Shown here piece by piece: positions 1-12,614 of a stretch of DNA of 64,000 bases. The stretch is from Oikopleura dioica (lineage: Eukaryota > Animalia > Chordata). Below the pieces are notes generated by a model, which worked only from the letters and a program-made list of their open reading frames with translations, was not told the DNA's origin and searched no databases. Both the position numbers and the translations under genes were made by a program. The stretch's first letter is position 1, and every line of letters starts with the position of its first letter. Location: assembly GCA_907165135.1 (NCBI GenBank), contig OU015567.1:124001-188000 (forward strand), read 5' to 3'.

Positions 1-1657
1 GCTTAAGCTATTGAAATGATTCTTGAGCAAAAATTTACCAAAGAAAAATACTTTTTATAGCATTTTTGAATTCTTTAGGAAAAACAAGTATGTTTGCCTT
101 TTAGATATTTGAAATCAAACAAGGGAAGTCCGTTCTCCAGAGAGCCCAAAAGAGAGATTATAGCCCTAGGTTAAGAAGTGTTCTTGGGTTGAAGCAGAGG
201 TGTAATCAGTAGAATTTTGGCACTATAGCCTAATGAGCGACGTAGGGTCGAACGCGAAGCGCACCTTGTTGGGCCTAGGTTTAGTATTTTCTATAGAAAA
301 ATTTCATAAGAATTGATAAATGATGACATCTCATCGATGAAAATTAGGGTAAGAATGGAAAAGGTATGTTTGTCTGCTTTTGTAAAGGATTACAAAAACT
401 CTTAGAGTTCGGCCCTGATGATTGAACTTTTGCTGTTCCGAAAACGTAAAGCCACTGCAAATAAAACGAACTCGAAAATTTCGTAATAATAAGAAAAGGC
501 TTCGCGGAAAATAATTGCTCCAAAATCAAACGTTATTTAATTAGTCGAGTCATTACCGACAATTTAATCAAGCATGTCATGTTTTATTCTTCGTTCTTGA
601 ACTTGAAGGAATTTTCCACGTCGATTCGAAGCGCGATTTTGATGAAATCGTTAATTTTAAAAAATGTGAAAAAGGACTTTTCCATCACGCAAGCGATTTG
701 CATAATTTGACGGGAGGCGATGTCTAATGACGTTCAAAAGCGAAGTTCTGACAGAAGCCGTCGGCGCTAGAATCAGATTGCTAAGCAGAATTACGAATTT
801 AGGTAGTAAGTTTTTCTATCCGAATAAATCAGCTCTTTTTGCTAAAGATAGATAAGTTTTGCTAAGCCAGACTCAATTTATTCTTAAAATATATTTATTT
901 CGCAAAAATAACGCCAAACGAAGCTAATGCTTCAAAAATGGCTTTGCATAGCTTGCAGAAAACTTCGACCGGGTTTGGCTCAGTAAGCTGTCAGCTTTCT
1001 TAAACTAAGCTTAAGCTTAAGCTAAAGCTTTGTTATTTTTCAAAGAGATCAGCTCAGCTTAGTTTACTTGAAATTCTGACAAGTCTGGTTACTTTGTCTA
1101 ACTAAGCTTAGCCATTTTAAGTTTCAATTCTTATAATTTTTATTTCATAAATCTCATCAGACTTTCAAGCAAAGAAAGTTTAAAATCATCCTCACTTTCT
1201 TCTTCTCTTCTCATGTCGAGAGGCTGGCCCAGTTGCTGCTCGATATAATCGTGAGTTTCTTCGCCTCTACTAATCAGGTTCAAAAAGAATTACAATAATT
1301 TGAGAAAAAATCAAAAAAATTCAAAAAATTCTAAGAAAATAACTTCTCTTATTTGAACCAAATCTTAAATTTCTCCACACACTTGGGTTAATAAACCCGG
1401 CCCAAGCGTCAACAAAACTGGAAACAAAAGAAAGCTGAAAATCTGCATCTGAAAATTTTTTGGAAATTCAAAATTTGATTTCCATTTATAGTTCTTGATT
1501 TGACAGATTCGCGAATTAATTTTTAAGAAGTGGTTTTTAATTTCTCTTTTAGAGGCGGCGACGTACCTTTTCAACTCGCGAGAATATATGTTTATTTGAT
1601 GCAATGTTCTTTTATTCCAATTGAAGAGGAGAATTCAAGAAAAAGACGCAAAAAAAC

Positions 1658-1891
1658 TGGGTGTCGGGCGCTGAGGTTATGCCATAACCAGGTTATGCAT
1701 TTTCCAGGATTTTGCATTACCTGGTTATGCATTCTCGATTTAAATTGGATCAATTTGAGGCTAAGTTGGTTCCAAAAGACTTAAAAACGATATTTCTCTA
1801 AGATCAGGCGCGAAGCGCACTTGAACTATCTGTTATATATCAATTAATATGATTTTTATTAAGAGTGCATAACCTCAGCGCCATTCACCCA
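1658..1891. mobile_element. MITE-like element with terminal inverted repeats
   Basis: ggcgctgaggttatgc (1667-1682) is the exact reverse complement of gcataacctcagcgcc (1867-1882). The match extends imperfectly to tgggtg/caccca. No ORF inside. Confidence 0.6.
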
Positions 1892-2183
1892 AAAAACTAG
1901 TCTATTTTCAGCTTAAAAAATGATTAGTAAAGATGAAAAAAAACGTCAAATTTCGACTCGCCCTTTTCCCGGAAATCTGCTGACCAAAATTATGAGATTT
2001 CTGAATAAATTTAAATTTTCCGCTGAAGAAGAAAACTGCTCCGGCACGCCAGGGTCCGATATTTCCGCCGTGTCAAGCCGCTCCAGGAAACCGCAAATGA
2101 CAAGTTCGATTATATAAAGCCAGCTCGAAGCCGAGTTTTCCAGCATTTCGAATTTTTCTTGATTTATAATTTTTCTTCAAAGA

Positions 2184-4751
2184 ATGAGACTTGCTGGGCT
2201 GATTTTTGGCTTTTCAAGAGCTTGCGAAAACGGTTGGGTTGACGACTTTCAGGTTTGAATTTGAAAAATTTGATTGAATAATTCTGGATGACCTACAGTT
2301 CGCCAGGAAATGCCCCATCACCTACGGTTCCATAGGTGAAAAAAATACCATTTTTTCCTGGCGAACCGTATGTCATTTTTGGTAACTCTAAAACGGTCGC
2401 ATAAATCTTGTTTTTGCCCCTTTATGCATCAGATTTCAAAATGAAACCAAACGGGGAACACGTAAACTTGGTTCTAGTTGAGGTAAATTTATATTTTTTG
2501 AAATTATTTTCAAAATTGGTTGCAAAGGAGTCTAATGTATGGAGGATTGAGCAAGTTTTGCTCTCAAAACGAGCAACTGTTCTATTCTGCTAGACGCACT
2601 ATTCTATGAAAAACTGGGAGAAGATGATGAAAGTGATATTTCTCCATTGAGTTCGCCAGTGAGAATGGGTCGTTGGAGGTCAAAAGATACTATCATCGTA
2701 GCCGCATTTCAAACTGATAGTGATGAGTTCGAGAGTTGAATCGTTGGGAATCAATTTAACCCTAACCCTTTTTTCAGAAAAACTCAATCAATATATTTCA
2801 TAAATTAAGCAAACAATCAAGTTTCTAGAACAGACAGACGGTTCGCCAGGAAAGAAAAAATACCTTCCTGGCAAATTGAAGATTTCCTGGCGAACCGTAG
2901 GTAACCGATAATTCTTATTATATTTAAATAATTGACACAAAAATAATTGCGATAGATTTTTCGTAGGCGCCAACTCGGCCGCCGATTTGCCGTAAGGCCC
3001 TATCGAGACTGCTGATTGGTTGTTTCCCAAACTTTGAAAGTTTTTATTTTATTTAGAAATTCTTGCATAAAAAAAAATTTCAGGGCAATTGTTTACAAAT
3101 CGTTTCGGATCCCGCTCCATGGCATTCTGCGCTGGATAACTGCTTCAATCAAGGAGCTCACATGCTTCATGTAAATTCTGAATCGTACAACTCAGCCATC
3201 AAAGAAATGAAAATCGCGAAAGGAAATGAGCTTCCTATTTTCCTATTATTATAATATATCCTATAATAGCGAATCTAGATTTTTCTAGATTTCTCTAGAA
3301 TTTTCTAGATTTCTCTAGAACTTTTCTTGATTTTCTTGATTTTTCTAGATTTTTCTAGGATTTTCAAGAATTTTCTAGATTTTCTAGATTTTTCTAGAAT
3401 TTTTAGATCTATCTAGATTTTTCTAGAAGGTTCTAAAATTTTCTGTAGAGAACAGAGAATCTCTATTCTATCATTTTTTAGCTAAAATTGATGAACAAAA
3501 TTGAGCTCGATAAAAGATCTCTGGATTGGATATGAAAGCCCGGAAAGAATGAATGGATTCTTCAGCTCTGACGGATTTAGCGCAATTTGGCAAAACTTTA
3601 GAACTTCCGGAGGTATACAAAGAGTACAGTTTAAATATTAAAAAAATTCAGATGAGAGATCAGATTCGGAGCACAATTGCGCTTCAATGATGGAAAACGG
3701 AAAATGGAAAAAGACGATTGTTTCAAGAAAAAGCCTACGTTTGCCAGAAAGAAACAAGATTGGAGGTAGAGAAAATGAAAAAACAAGGTTTTATTTTTAG
3801 AAAAACGAGGTGACAGACTCGATTTTCACGGCGATCGAGCCTTGTCTCGAATGGTCGGAAACAGTGATCAGTTGCGGCGCGATCAAAAGAGCTCCGGTCA
3901 AAGTTTCAAATTACAAGCATCGATTCGACAAAGTTGCCAGAGGTACTTAAAAAGTTTTTTGATAAAATACAAATATTTTTAAGATGCGTCTTGGCACGTG
4001 GTCGCAGTCAAAAACTGCAAATGGCCTTCGAACAATCAAAGATTCAAACGCTTTTTAGACTCTCAGGTATAATTAGGACTTTAATAAATTCTAGAAAAAA
4101 TTTCTAGAAAAATATTTTAAGTAAAAATTTCATAAAAAAATTTCAAGAAAAAATTCAAGAAAGAAAATTTCTAGAAAATAAATTCTTGAAAAAAATTCTA
4201 GAGAAAAACTTCTAGAAAAAAATTCTAGAAAAAAATTTAGAAAAATAATTTCTAGAAAAAATTTCTTGAAAAAATTTCTAGAAAAAAATTTCAAGAAAAT
4301 AAAAATCTACAAATTTCTAGAAAATTGAAAAAGGAAACAATTTCTAACAAAACTTCTAGAAAAATTTCTAGATAGAAAAGTTCTAGGAGAAAAATTCATT
4401 TTTATCTTGGAATCTCTAATTTTAAAATAATTTAAAGCCTTCAAAAGCTTCTCCTCCGATTTCGACTCGCTGTACCGCGAATTTTTCGCCGAATTCGAAG
4501 CCGACATGAACGAAACCGACTGGGAGAACATCTCCTTCGACGACGAAATCCGCCTTTCGAAGGAAAACATGAAATACGAAAAAGCGAAAAACTACGTTTC
4601 TGGCGCCAACGAGTGCTCGAGCGCGATGAAACAGGTTTGGAAAAACGAGTTTTTTAGAAATTGCCCGAAACTCGGAAGCTGGAAAAGAAGATCCAATGGA
4701 TTAATCAAAAGCGTCTCGAAAATGATGCAAATTTGTATTAAATCTTTGTAA
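2184..4751 (+). CDS. Secreted C-type lectin domain protein with a C-terminal Cys/Trp-containing domain (about 7 exons)
   Basis: Signal-like MRLAGLIFGFSRA, then CENGW..FQ|GNCLQIVSDPAPWHSALDNCFNQGAHML, LWIGY and NCASMMENGKW: the CTLD C-W-C, WIG and C-x-GxW motifs. The last exon ends ...MMQICIKSL* at 4751. Apparent 1-bp indels at about 3710, 3730 and 4055. Confidence 0.8.
2291..2902. mobile_element. MITE in lectin intron 1
   Basis: 21-bp TIRs acctacagttcgccaggaaat / atttcctggcgaaccgtaggt (1 mismatch), with internal copies of the same motif at about 2355 and 2840. Confidence 0.7.
3275..3445. repeat. Low-complexity (T)nCTAGA repeat, intronic
   Basis: Iterated ttttctaga units. Confidence 0.8.
4088..4395. 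repeat. Low-complexity TCTAGA(A)n repeat, intronic
   Basis: Iterated aaatttctagaaaa units, the complement of the 3275-3445 tract. Confidence 0.8.
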
Positions 4752-4837
4752 ATAAAAATTTATAAAATTTGAAATGAATTTTAATTAAATTAATTAACAA
4801 TTTATATAAATTGTTAATTAATTTTATAAACTCTTAA

Positions 4838-4993
4838 GAGATGGTGTCTGGAACCGACAAAAAATTTCGACAAATTTTGCGTCGGCGGCTACTCGGCTGC
4901 TGATTGGCTGGTTTGCAGAATCCGGGCTTCTGATTGGTTGAAAATTCCAACGAAAAATTTGTCGAATTTTTTTGTCGGTTCCAGACAACTCCC
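4838..4993. mobile_element. MITE family A (about 155 bp palindromic, two CCAAT boxes)
   Basis: Long TIRs gtgtctggaaccgacaaaaaatttcgacaaattttgcgt. At least 6 copies in the window. Confidence 0.85.
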
Positions 4994-5201
4994 CATTTTT
5001 AATTATTTTTTTATTTAAATTTTTAATTATAATAATAATAAAAAATCTTAAATATTTTTCAATAATTTTTATTAAATAAAAAAATTATCATTTTTTCTAA
5101 ATATTTTTAATTATTTAGAAATTTAAATTAAAATAATAATCTTTTTTCAAAATAATATTTGTATAAAATCTTTGTAAATAAAATTTTATTGCTTTTTACT
5201 C

Positions 5202-5449
5202 GGGAACGGTCGGACTCATTACCAAAATTTTTGGTAACCCATTACCAATTTTCGGTAATCGATAATCAAGTTATTTTAATTCTTTCGCCAAGTTAATGAA
5301 TAAAACAGCCCAAAAGTTTTCCATTATAGAGGCGCGGAGCGCACACTCGCTCTTTGAACGAAAAAATCGACACTTTTTTGACGAATTTGGTAATGCATTA
5401 CCACAATTGGTAATGGGTTACCAATTGGTAATGAGTCCGACCGTTTCCC
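5202..5449. mobile_element. MITE with about 24-bp TIRs
   Basis: acggtcggactcattaccaa ... ttggtaatgagtccgaccgt, with subterminal attacca/tggtaat repeats. Confidence 0.75.
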
Positions 5450-6245
5450 CTTTTTACTGGCAGTGGCATGGTCGCGAATTATACAGTCATCAGGTCGATA
5501 TCTAAAAGGATAAATAAAAGGCATAAATTGAAAAACACTCACATTGCTTCTTGCTTTCATTTTGAAGCTTTTTGACGGTGCGTTTGTCCCTGTATATTCT
5601 GCAAAAATCGCAAAGAAACTCGATCCACAGGCAGGTGAAAAACGACGCTGAAAAAGGGTTAAAAAGAAGGATTTCTCTGAGTTTTTACCGAAAAGAACGA
5701 AAACCTCGAATCCGACCTCCAGATGCAGCTGCATTCGGTTTTGGAGCCCTAAACAACTTTTGAAGCGAATAAAATTTCTTTACCATTTTCTCTATTCTTT
5801 ATTTTGCTTTAATCTTCTATTCTGAGCGTTGACTACTTTCCCATTACAGTGCCATTGTCGACAGATTGGGCCATTTACTCAGCTGCTGCTGGAAGCGAGC
5901 CCTTCCATCCACGAAACCGAACACTCAAACTGGCGCCTCGACAGATCCCTTTTAATATTCCCTTCTTTCTCGAAAAAGGCTCGCCAGAATAAAAAATGAG
6001 CGATTAAAAATCATTTTTGCCGAAGAAAATGTTTGCTGTAAACATCAACGTCGGTCAAGGAGAAATTTCTCACAATTTATTTTGGTAAAAATAAATAAGG
6101 GATAAAAACGAGCCCCGAAAAGAAAATTTAACAACAATTTTCAAATTTTTGGACTTTATGCCAAAAATGACGAAAATCCAGATTTTCGGGGAAAATATCG
6201 AAATTTTTAGCTTTTATATAATGAGACCCTCATTATACTTTGGAG

Positions 6246-6684
6246 CAGGGCTGTCGAATTCGGAGCGTTTGCTTTTCTCCGCTATTTTTAGCCGAGAATC
6301 CGCAGCCGTTTTCTCGGAAGATACACCGTTTTCCGCGCGGAAAGTCCGCCTGTTGGCGGCGGTGAAAAGGGTAGTAGGGGATTATCATTCGAGCTGCCCC
6401 TGACCCCAAACCTAAACCCCTAACATCGAATGAAAGCCCCTCTCTACGGAGAAAAGGGAGCGGGTGATCCGCCGAAATTTTTGCTCAAAAGACGAAATTA
6501 AAGGGTGTTCTGCTCTTATGATTGGCTAGAGAAAAAGGGTAGCGGGTAATCGCGGAAGATCCGCGCGACGGAGAAAATCGGACGATCGGAGACTTGGAGA
6601 AAGCGCGGAAAAACGGAGAAAATCAGCGAATCTTCCGCAAGAAAATTGCGGAGAAATGTAAACGCTCCGAGCTCGACAGCCCTG
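6246..6684. mobile_element. hAT-type MITE
   Basis: Termini cagggctgtcga...tcgacagccctg. The 8-bp flanks ctttggag / cttcggcg match at 6/8, consistent with an aged hAT TSD. Subterminal cggag/ctccg repeats. Confidence 0.75.
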
Positions 6685-7785
6685 CTTCGGCGACAAAAAG
6701 ATTAGACCTTAATGTTTTTATTTAAAATTTATTATTTCGAAAATTTTACAAGAAAATAAGATTTTCATATGGACGCCCATAAATCAGTAGAAAAACAGAA
6801 ACGCGACTGCAATCTACACATATAGATTCTTAAGAAAGCCCATCCTTAATTATAAAATGGTAAATCCCTCTTTTTCGTGCTGTCTTTCTTTCTCTCTTTC
6901 TGCTCAAAAAGTCATAAACTAGTCGAAAACGAAATAATCGTTTCGGAGCCAAAAGGCAAGCATAAGGTGGACAGATCGAGTCGGCTGTCGATTTGGAATC
7001 GATAGCCACTATTATTTCATTCATTTATTTATTAGCCACTCATGAATGCTCCTGTATCGAAGTTCATCGCTTTTTATTCAAAAATAACTTGTTTAATTGA
7101 CCCTCAATTACCTGGCAAAGACATGGCGGAAAATTATTTTTCTATTTTTTCTCTAAAATCTTCGAAAATCGCAAAAAAGAATATTCTCTCTAACTAAAAT
7201 GATCGATTGGCGCCATCAGTGCTCTGCGAATTACTGTCATTCGAAAGCGAAAATCCAGTTTCTGCTTCAAGCAAATTAACCGCGAGTTTATTTGATGAAT
7301 TGCATTCGACGGCTCTTTCTCTTGATTTTGCAGAATTCATAAACGAAAAATGTAAGGGGACAACTACAAGAACCCCTACAGAAAGCGGCAAAACCCATTT
7401 TTCGGCCAAAAGTCCAATTTTCAAATGTGAAATTAAAAGTGAAGGAGTTAAACTAAGTACCCGCTAAAAAAAGAAGACGTGAAAAATTTTTCAAAAAAAA
7501 ATGATTTTTTTGGTGCAAAAGTGTAAGTCAGGTGTTGTATTTAACCTCAGCTCACAAAATCATCATGAAAAGCTAGCCTGAAAATGACCACTCAGATTTC
7601 AGCGGGTATCAAGAGTTAACCCATCCTCGCCCGCGTGGATACGTCTCAACCACAGAGGCAGTTTCCAAGCCCTAACTTCGTTTTTACGCCTCGAAACTTT
7701 CGAGTCGAAAGTCAGAAATTTTTTGATTTTTATTTTTTTCTCAAAAGAAATCGATTTCACCCGTTAATTTTGAAATTTTATTTAA

Positions 7786-8114
7786 GGACCCCCGTCAGCT
7801 TTTTTCAAAAATCAAATTTCGGAAATTTGAAATTTCGAACACGGAAATGGATTCTACGGGTCAAAAAACGATTTTAAGGCATTTTTGTGGGTCTATCTCG
7901 ACTGCTCACCCCCATAATCGCATTTGAAAATTTTATTTTTTGCCGAAAATTGACGAATTTGCCTTAATTTTGGCAAAAATATTAGTTTTTCTAGGTCAAA
8001 AGTCCTCATATCAAATTTTTGAAGTAAGATTAACCTGAGGAGGCATTAAGAACCAAAAATATGGTGTTTTTAAAAATTTCCGTATTTCGGAGGAAAAAGC
8101 TGACGGGGGGGTCC
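7786..8114. mobile_element. MITE family B (TTAA TSD, GG..CC termini; Kolobok-like)
   Basis: ttaa-ggacccccgtcagcttttt ... aaaaagctgacggggggggtcc-ttaa. The interior is shared with copies at 15048, 18706, 30512, 32863 and 55038. Confidence 0.85.
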
Positions 8115-8554
8115 TTAAAAATCAAGCGGGGTTCTTTGACTCACCATTTTAAAAGTCACCTCAAAAAATAAGTGTCGTTAATTTTTAAGTAATTATTTAA
8201 GTGATGAAAAAGTAATATTCCTCTTTTTAATTTTACCTAAAGAAAGAGACAGATCTTCTCGCATTTTTAAAAGAGGAAAATTATTGAATATTTATCTTAG
8301 AAAAAAGATTCTAATAACATTTTAAGAAATCAAAGACGCAGATAAAACCATTTGTAGCTGAATTAGTAATGATGCAGGTATTTTTCTCTCGTCTCAAAGA
8401 ATTCCGATGGCATCATTGATTTCACATCATTTTCTTAAAAATAATATATTCTTTGATTTTGTTCAGACAATGGATTCTTGAAGGTAATATTTGCAAAGCT
8501 GTTTCGCGACTTCGTCTTTTAAGATAGCCGCCACATGGTTTTTATTCTAGCACT

Positions 8555-9015
8555 TCAGACCCTGGAAGGATGCAATTAGACTGGGTCTCAGACCCAGGAT
8601 AACCCCTCAGAAATGACGCCTGGGTCCAAAAATAAGGTGATGAGCGTTACAAGAAGAGAATCTTTTTTAAGCAGTCTAGTATTTATATTAATTGAGGTGA
8701 GTGTTAGGGGGCGCCTGCAAAAAATGACGGATAAAACTCACACGAGGGGGATAGGCAAGGGTTAGTTAGGGTTACTAAAGGTAACCCTAAGTAACCCTAG
8801 ACTAGACCCCGGCTTTTTAGGACCTAAGGGGCAAATAGATCTGAGAATTTTCAGAGAATCAATTGAAGAAGTCTACCTAAAATGCAAATTATTAAATTAA
8901 TCCTGGGTATTGGACCCAGGCGTAACTTCTGAGGGGGTATTCTGGGTCTGAGACCCAGGCTTATTGTTTACTTCCCAGACCCTGACTCAGGTTTTTACAC
9001 TGAGCCCAGCCCTAG
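8555..9015. mobile_element. Palindromic MITE-like element with adjacent end of the intron-forming hAT family
   Basis: 8580-8630 (ctgggtctcagacccagg...cgcctgggtcca) is inverted relative to 8910-8960. The tract cagaccctgactcagg...agccctag at 8976-9014 matches the TIR seen at 61825-61863. Confidence 0.55.
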
Positions 9016-9144
9016 GGCAAAAGAATCTGGCCCAGATCTAATAATTGTCAGTTCTGCTCAATCATTTCGAGAAAAAATCAGCTCAATTTCGGTCTCAGCA
9101 GAAATAATCCGAGAAGCTGTTTTCCCCGAAGCGCTGCAATAACC

Positions 9145-9821
9145 GGAGGTGTGGGGCAATTTTCGGCAAATCGACCATTTTCAAACAGCCCTCAGGCTAA
9201 GATGGGTAATAAAATTTTTAAAAACTCTTCTTCTATATATAGATTGGACCCTAAACTAGAGTTGAAAATTTTTTCAGAAAAAATTATTAAGGGATTTTGG
9301 CCATAATGACCTCGACGCCAAGTCATGTCCGTGAAAATCGTCATTTGGCGTCATTTTTGAACGCGATTTTTTGGATGAAAATATTTTTATTTTTTAAAAC
9401 TTAGACGATAAAAAGAAACTTCCATCGCTGTTCTAGGGTTGAATAGAAGGAATTTTATTTTTCTCGAAAAATGCTTATTGTAAGCTTTCGATTGAAACTT
9501 GGGTCTCAAAACGTCCAAAAATTGCTATTCGAAATTAAGTTAGCTCGTAATACAGTAAGATAATGCTGTCCTTGTAATTATCAAAAATACTTAACAAGTC
9601 GTGAACTTTCCAAAAATATAGAAATATTTCAATTTTTAGACATTGAAAAATATAATTTCGCAAGTTTTCATGAAAACGCCAACTTTCAATCCCATTTTTC
9701 ACTATCTTTCTCTATCATAAGAAAAAACATAGAGACCTTTTTGTTGCTCTTGACCTGAGCTATCTCAAAATGGAAAGAAAATTTGAAAATTCGAATTTTC
9801 GCCAAACCGCCCCGTACCCCC
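9145..9821. mobile_element. MITE family C (about 680 bp; Kolobok-like)
   Basis: ggaggtgtggggc ... gccccgtaccccc-ttaa. Colinear with and highly similar to 60462-61142. Confidence 0.85.
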
Positions 9822-10033
9822 TTAACGATATTGTTTGGTTGAATTCGGCTTTCTTTATCGCCGCTTTCAAAATCAAACACATGTTTGTTCTTCCAGCTAG
9901 CGGGCGCTAGAACAAGCCCTTATCTTACAATTCCATCGCTTCGAGAAAAAAGCAGAAAACGCGCAAAGCATTATTTTTTCGATTGTTCACGAGAATTCAT
10001 TTCTCGAAGAATTATTAAAAAAAAACGAGAAAG

Positions 10034-12284
10034 ATGGTGAGAGCGCTTTCAACACTACTTCTCGGCAGTTTGGCCAAAGTTAACGACGCGGCGACGAGTA
10101 ACTTTGAAAACGAGGCGATCGAGCAGTTGCAGCAAATGTCGCTCACTTTTTCCAGCTTGACAGGGAAGCGTTTTCAAATGGCGTTTTTAATAGTGGTTTG
10201 GAGTTTTTAAAGTTTATAAAATTTATAAATGGGTGGCGTCACGAGTTGACAAAAACAAGACTAAATTTCGTGGGCGGCTAAAGGCTCTTGATTGAACGGC
10301 TAGCCGAATCCAGACTTCTGATTGGTTGACAATTTCTTATTCAACAAAATTAATCGCTTCAAGGGGGTCGACGAGAATTTTTCCAGGGGTAAAAGTAATA
10401 GTCTGCGTATAAAACTTATATTTTGGAATCCTCAGATTCTCCTTAATCTGCTGAGCCTAAAATTATTTGATAAAAATGAGATTTAGAGGGTTAAATGAAG
10501 AAAATTCTAAAAAATAATCATTTATGGTGTTATTTCCAGAAACTGTTCCTACTTTGACGGGATTTTTGACCGACTTTTTCTGGCCAAAATTTTTGCTACT
10601 TTTCGCCGTTGTATTTTTCAACCCTTTTCTATTCACCAGTGATTTCATATTTTACCTATCTTATAAGGTTTTCCCGGATTATCGGTTACAAAAATCCCGA
10701 AATTCTCGTCGACCCCCTTAAATTTATGGCTCAAGAAATGTAAGATGGAAATAATTTTCGTCTTATTTTATTTTTTCGAAAAAATTGATAAAAAGGTCGA
10801 TAACAAAGCAAATTTCATTCCATGGAAATAAAGTCGCCTTTGAAAACGCCTTAAAAAGAAACAGAGAGCATCACTTCCCAATCAACTGAATTGCTGGACC
10901 CTTCGACTTTAATCTTCTCCCGGGAAGGTCCTTCCGACGAAGACGAGAAAAAGAACAAAAAGAAGAAGAAAAAGGGAAGAAAGAAAACGAAGAGCAAGAA
11001 GGAAGAGGCCTAAAAACAACTTCTCTCGGAGAAGCGATCATGATCTGGCAGGACAAGTTTTCCAGGTAAAAATGCTTTTTAGTTCCGCATTTTGACTTTT
11101 TGTTTGTAGCTCGTTGAATCAAAATTTGGACAAGAAAAGATCAAGGAGCTGCTGATGGAGGGGAAAACTCTTAATTTTAAGAGCTTTTTGGCCACTTTTA
11201 TCGATCCAGATTATACAGGAACGCTTTTTATTTATTTTATTTATCCATTCAAGTAGAATTAAAATTTGACAAAATTTTGCGTAGGCGGAGGCTGCTTATT
11301 GGCTAAAAATTTTCGGGGAGGTGTCTGGAACCGACAAAAAAATTTCGACAAATTTTGCGTGTACGGCTATTCGGCTGCTGATTGGCTGGTTTGCCGAATC
11401 CAGGCTTGTGATTGGTTGAAAATGTCCACGCAAAATTTGTCGAATTTTTTGTCGGTTCCAGAGTCTGGAACCGACATGTCTGGAATCCAGACATCTCCCC
11501 AAAATTTTCAGCGAAAATTTCTTTTTCATTTTTCTCTAGATTTTTGAAATTTCTGAATCAACAAATAAGAAGCTTCAAAAGACACGACAAAGATTGATAA
11601 TTTCTTCGACTACGGTTGCTACTGTATGCCAGTCATGTTCGACAAAGACTCCTACGTCGGCAGAGGAGAACCAGTTGACGAAATCGATGCTCTCTGCAGG
11701 TATTATCAGGAAAAAGGCGTTCTTTAATGCTTTCAGGGACCTGTGGAGCTGCTACAAGTGCGCGAAAATCGACAGTACTGAAAAGCACTGCAAACACAGC
11801 ATGACTTACGAGTGGTATCAGAAAATCAACGGAAACGTCAAATGCGGTGAGTTTTCCAAAATCATGATCCTCCTCGATCAAATCTTTCAGGAGACTCGAG
11901 CCACAACACTCAGTGCCAGAACGACCTTTGCGAGTGCGACGCGAATTTCGCCCGGCGTTTGGTCAGCGTCCAGGACGAAATTCGCAACGAGTTCAAAGTT
12001 TCGAACGGCTTCAAAAGGGAGGATCGCTGCTTGATCAAGCCTGAAAGAGGGCTGCCAGGAGCGAGGCCGCCAAAAGAAGAGCAAGAAGGCGAAGTTCAAA
12101 ACCAAGTGCTGCGGCGAGAAATTGAGCAGAGTTCCGTATAATTAGGGATGAGACATTTTTAATCCAAAAATGAAAGTTAAAAATTTTTTCCATAAAAAAT
12201 TGTAAGAAAAAATGACTCAAAAATAGAACTTTTAAATTCGACTGCTGCGCGGATCAGACAATCAAACCAGCTGGTGAATGTTAA
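10034..12284 (+). CDS. Secreted phospholipase A2-like protein, predicted catalytically inactive (about 6 exons)
   Basis: Signal-like MVRALSTLLLGSLA. Core IDNFFDYGCYC...GRGEPVDEIDALCRDLWSCYKC...CQNDLCECDANFA has the PLA2 Ca-loop YGCYC, the PVD..D..C motif and CECD. Tail KCCG...FDCC...GEC*. Reading frame is broken near 11000 and 12072. Confidence 0.8.
10363..10717. mobile_element. MITE family D (gggggtcgacgagaatt TIR, TTAA-flanked), in PLA2 intron 1
   Basis: gggggtcgacgagaattt ... aaattctcgtcgaccccc-ttaa. A related copy starts at 58520. Confidence 0.75.
11265..11500. mobile_element. MITE family A, compound copy in a PLA2 intron
   Basis: Same TIRs and CCAAT core as 4838-4993, with an extra partial unit upstream. 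Confidence 0.8.
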
Positions 12285-12614
12285 AAAAATTTGAAACTGA
12301 CGGAAAATTTTAAAATGATTCCTGATTAATTCTGTATACTTTTGTAAAATCAAAAATAGCTGTAAAATAAAGCTTTCGAAAATAAAACTCTTTTTCTTTT
12401 CTTAGTGGTTTTATTTCAGAGAACCATTTCCGTCTTTGACTGGAGACAGGACTGTGTTTCTCGCTCAGGACCTGACCTGAGACAGGTCCCTGTGTCTCCA
12501 ATTCAAAACCCGTTTATGTAAGGCTTGAGTTTGATATATCGATGAATTAAATTCTATTCGATTTTTAGGTTCTTTCTGAAGGCCTGACTCAGGTTCTATT
12601 TGATATTGGCCATA

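Noticed and set aside
11266-11597. Recurrent short ORFs such as WNRQKNFDKFCV (also at about 24.3, 28.1 and 36.3 kb)
   Set aside because: These are translations of MITE family A, not proteins.
12415-12450. Upstream atlastin exon (TISVFDWRQ resembling the RDW motif)
   Set aside because: The match is too short, overlaps repeat-derived sequence, and no P-loop exons precede it.
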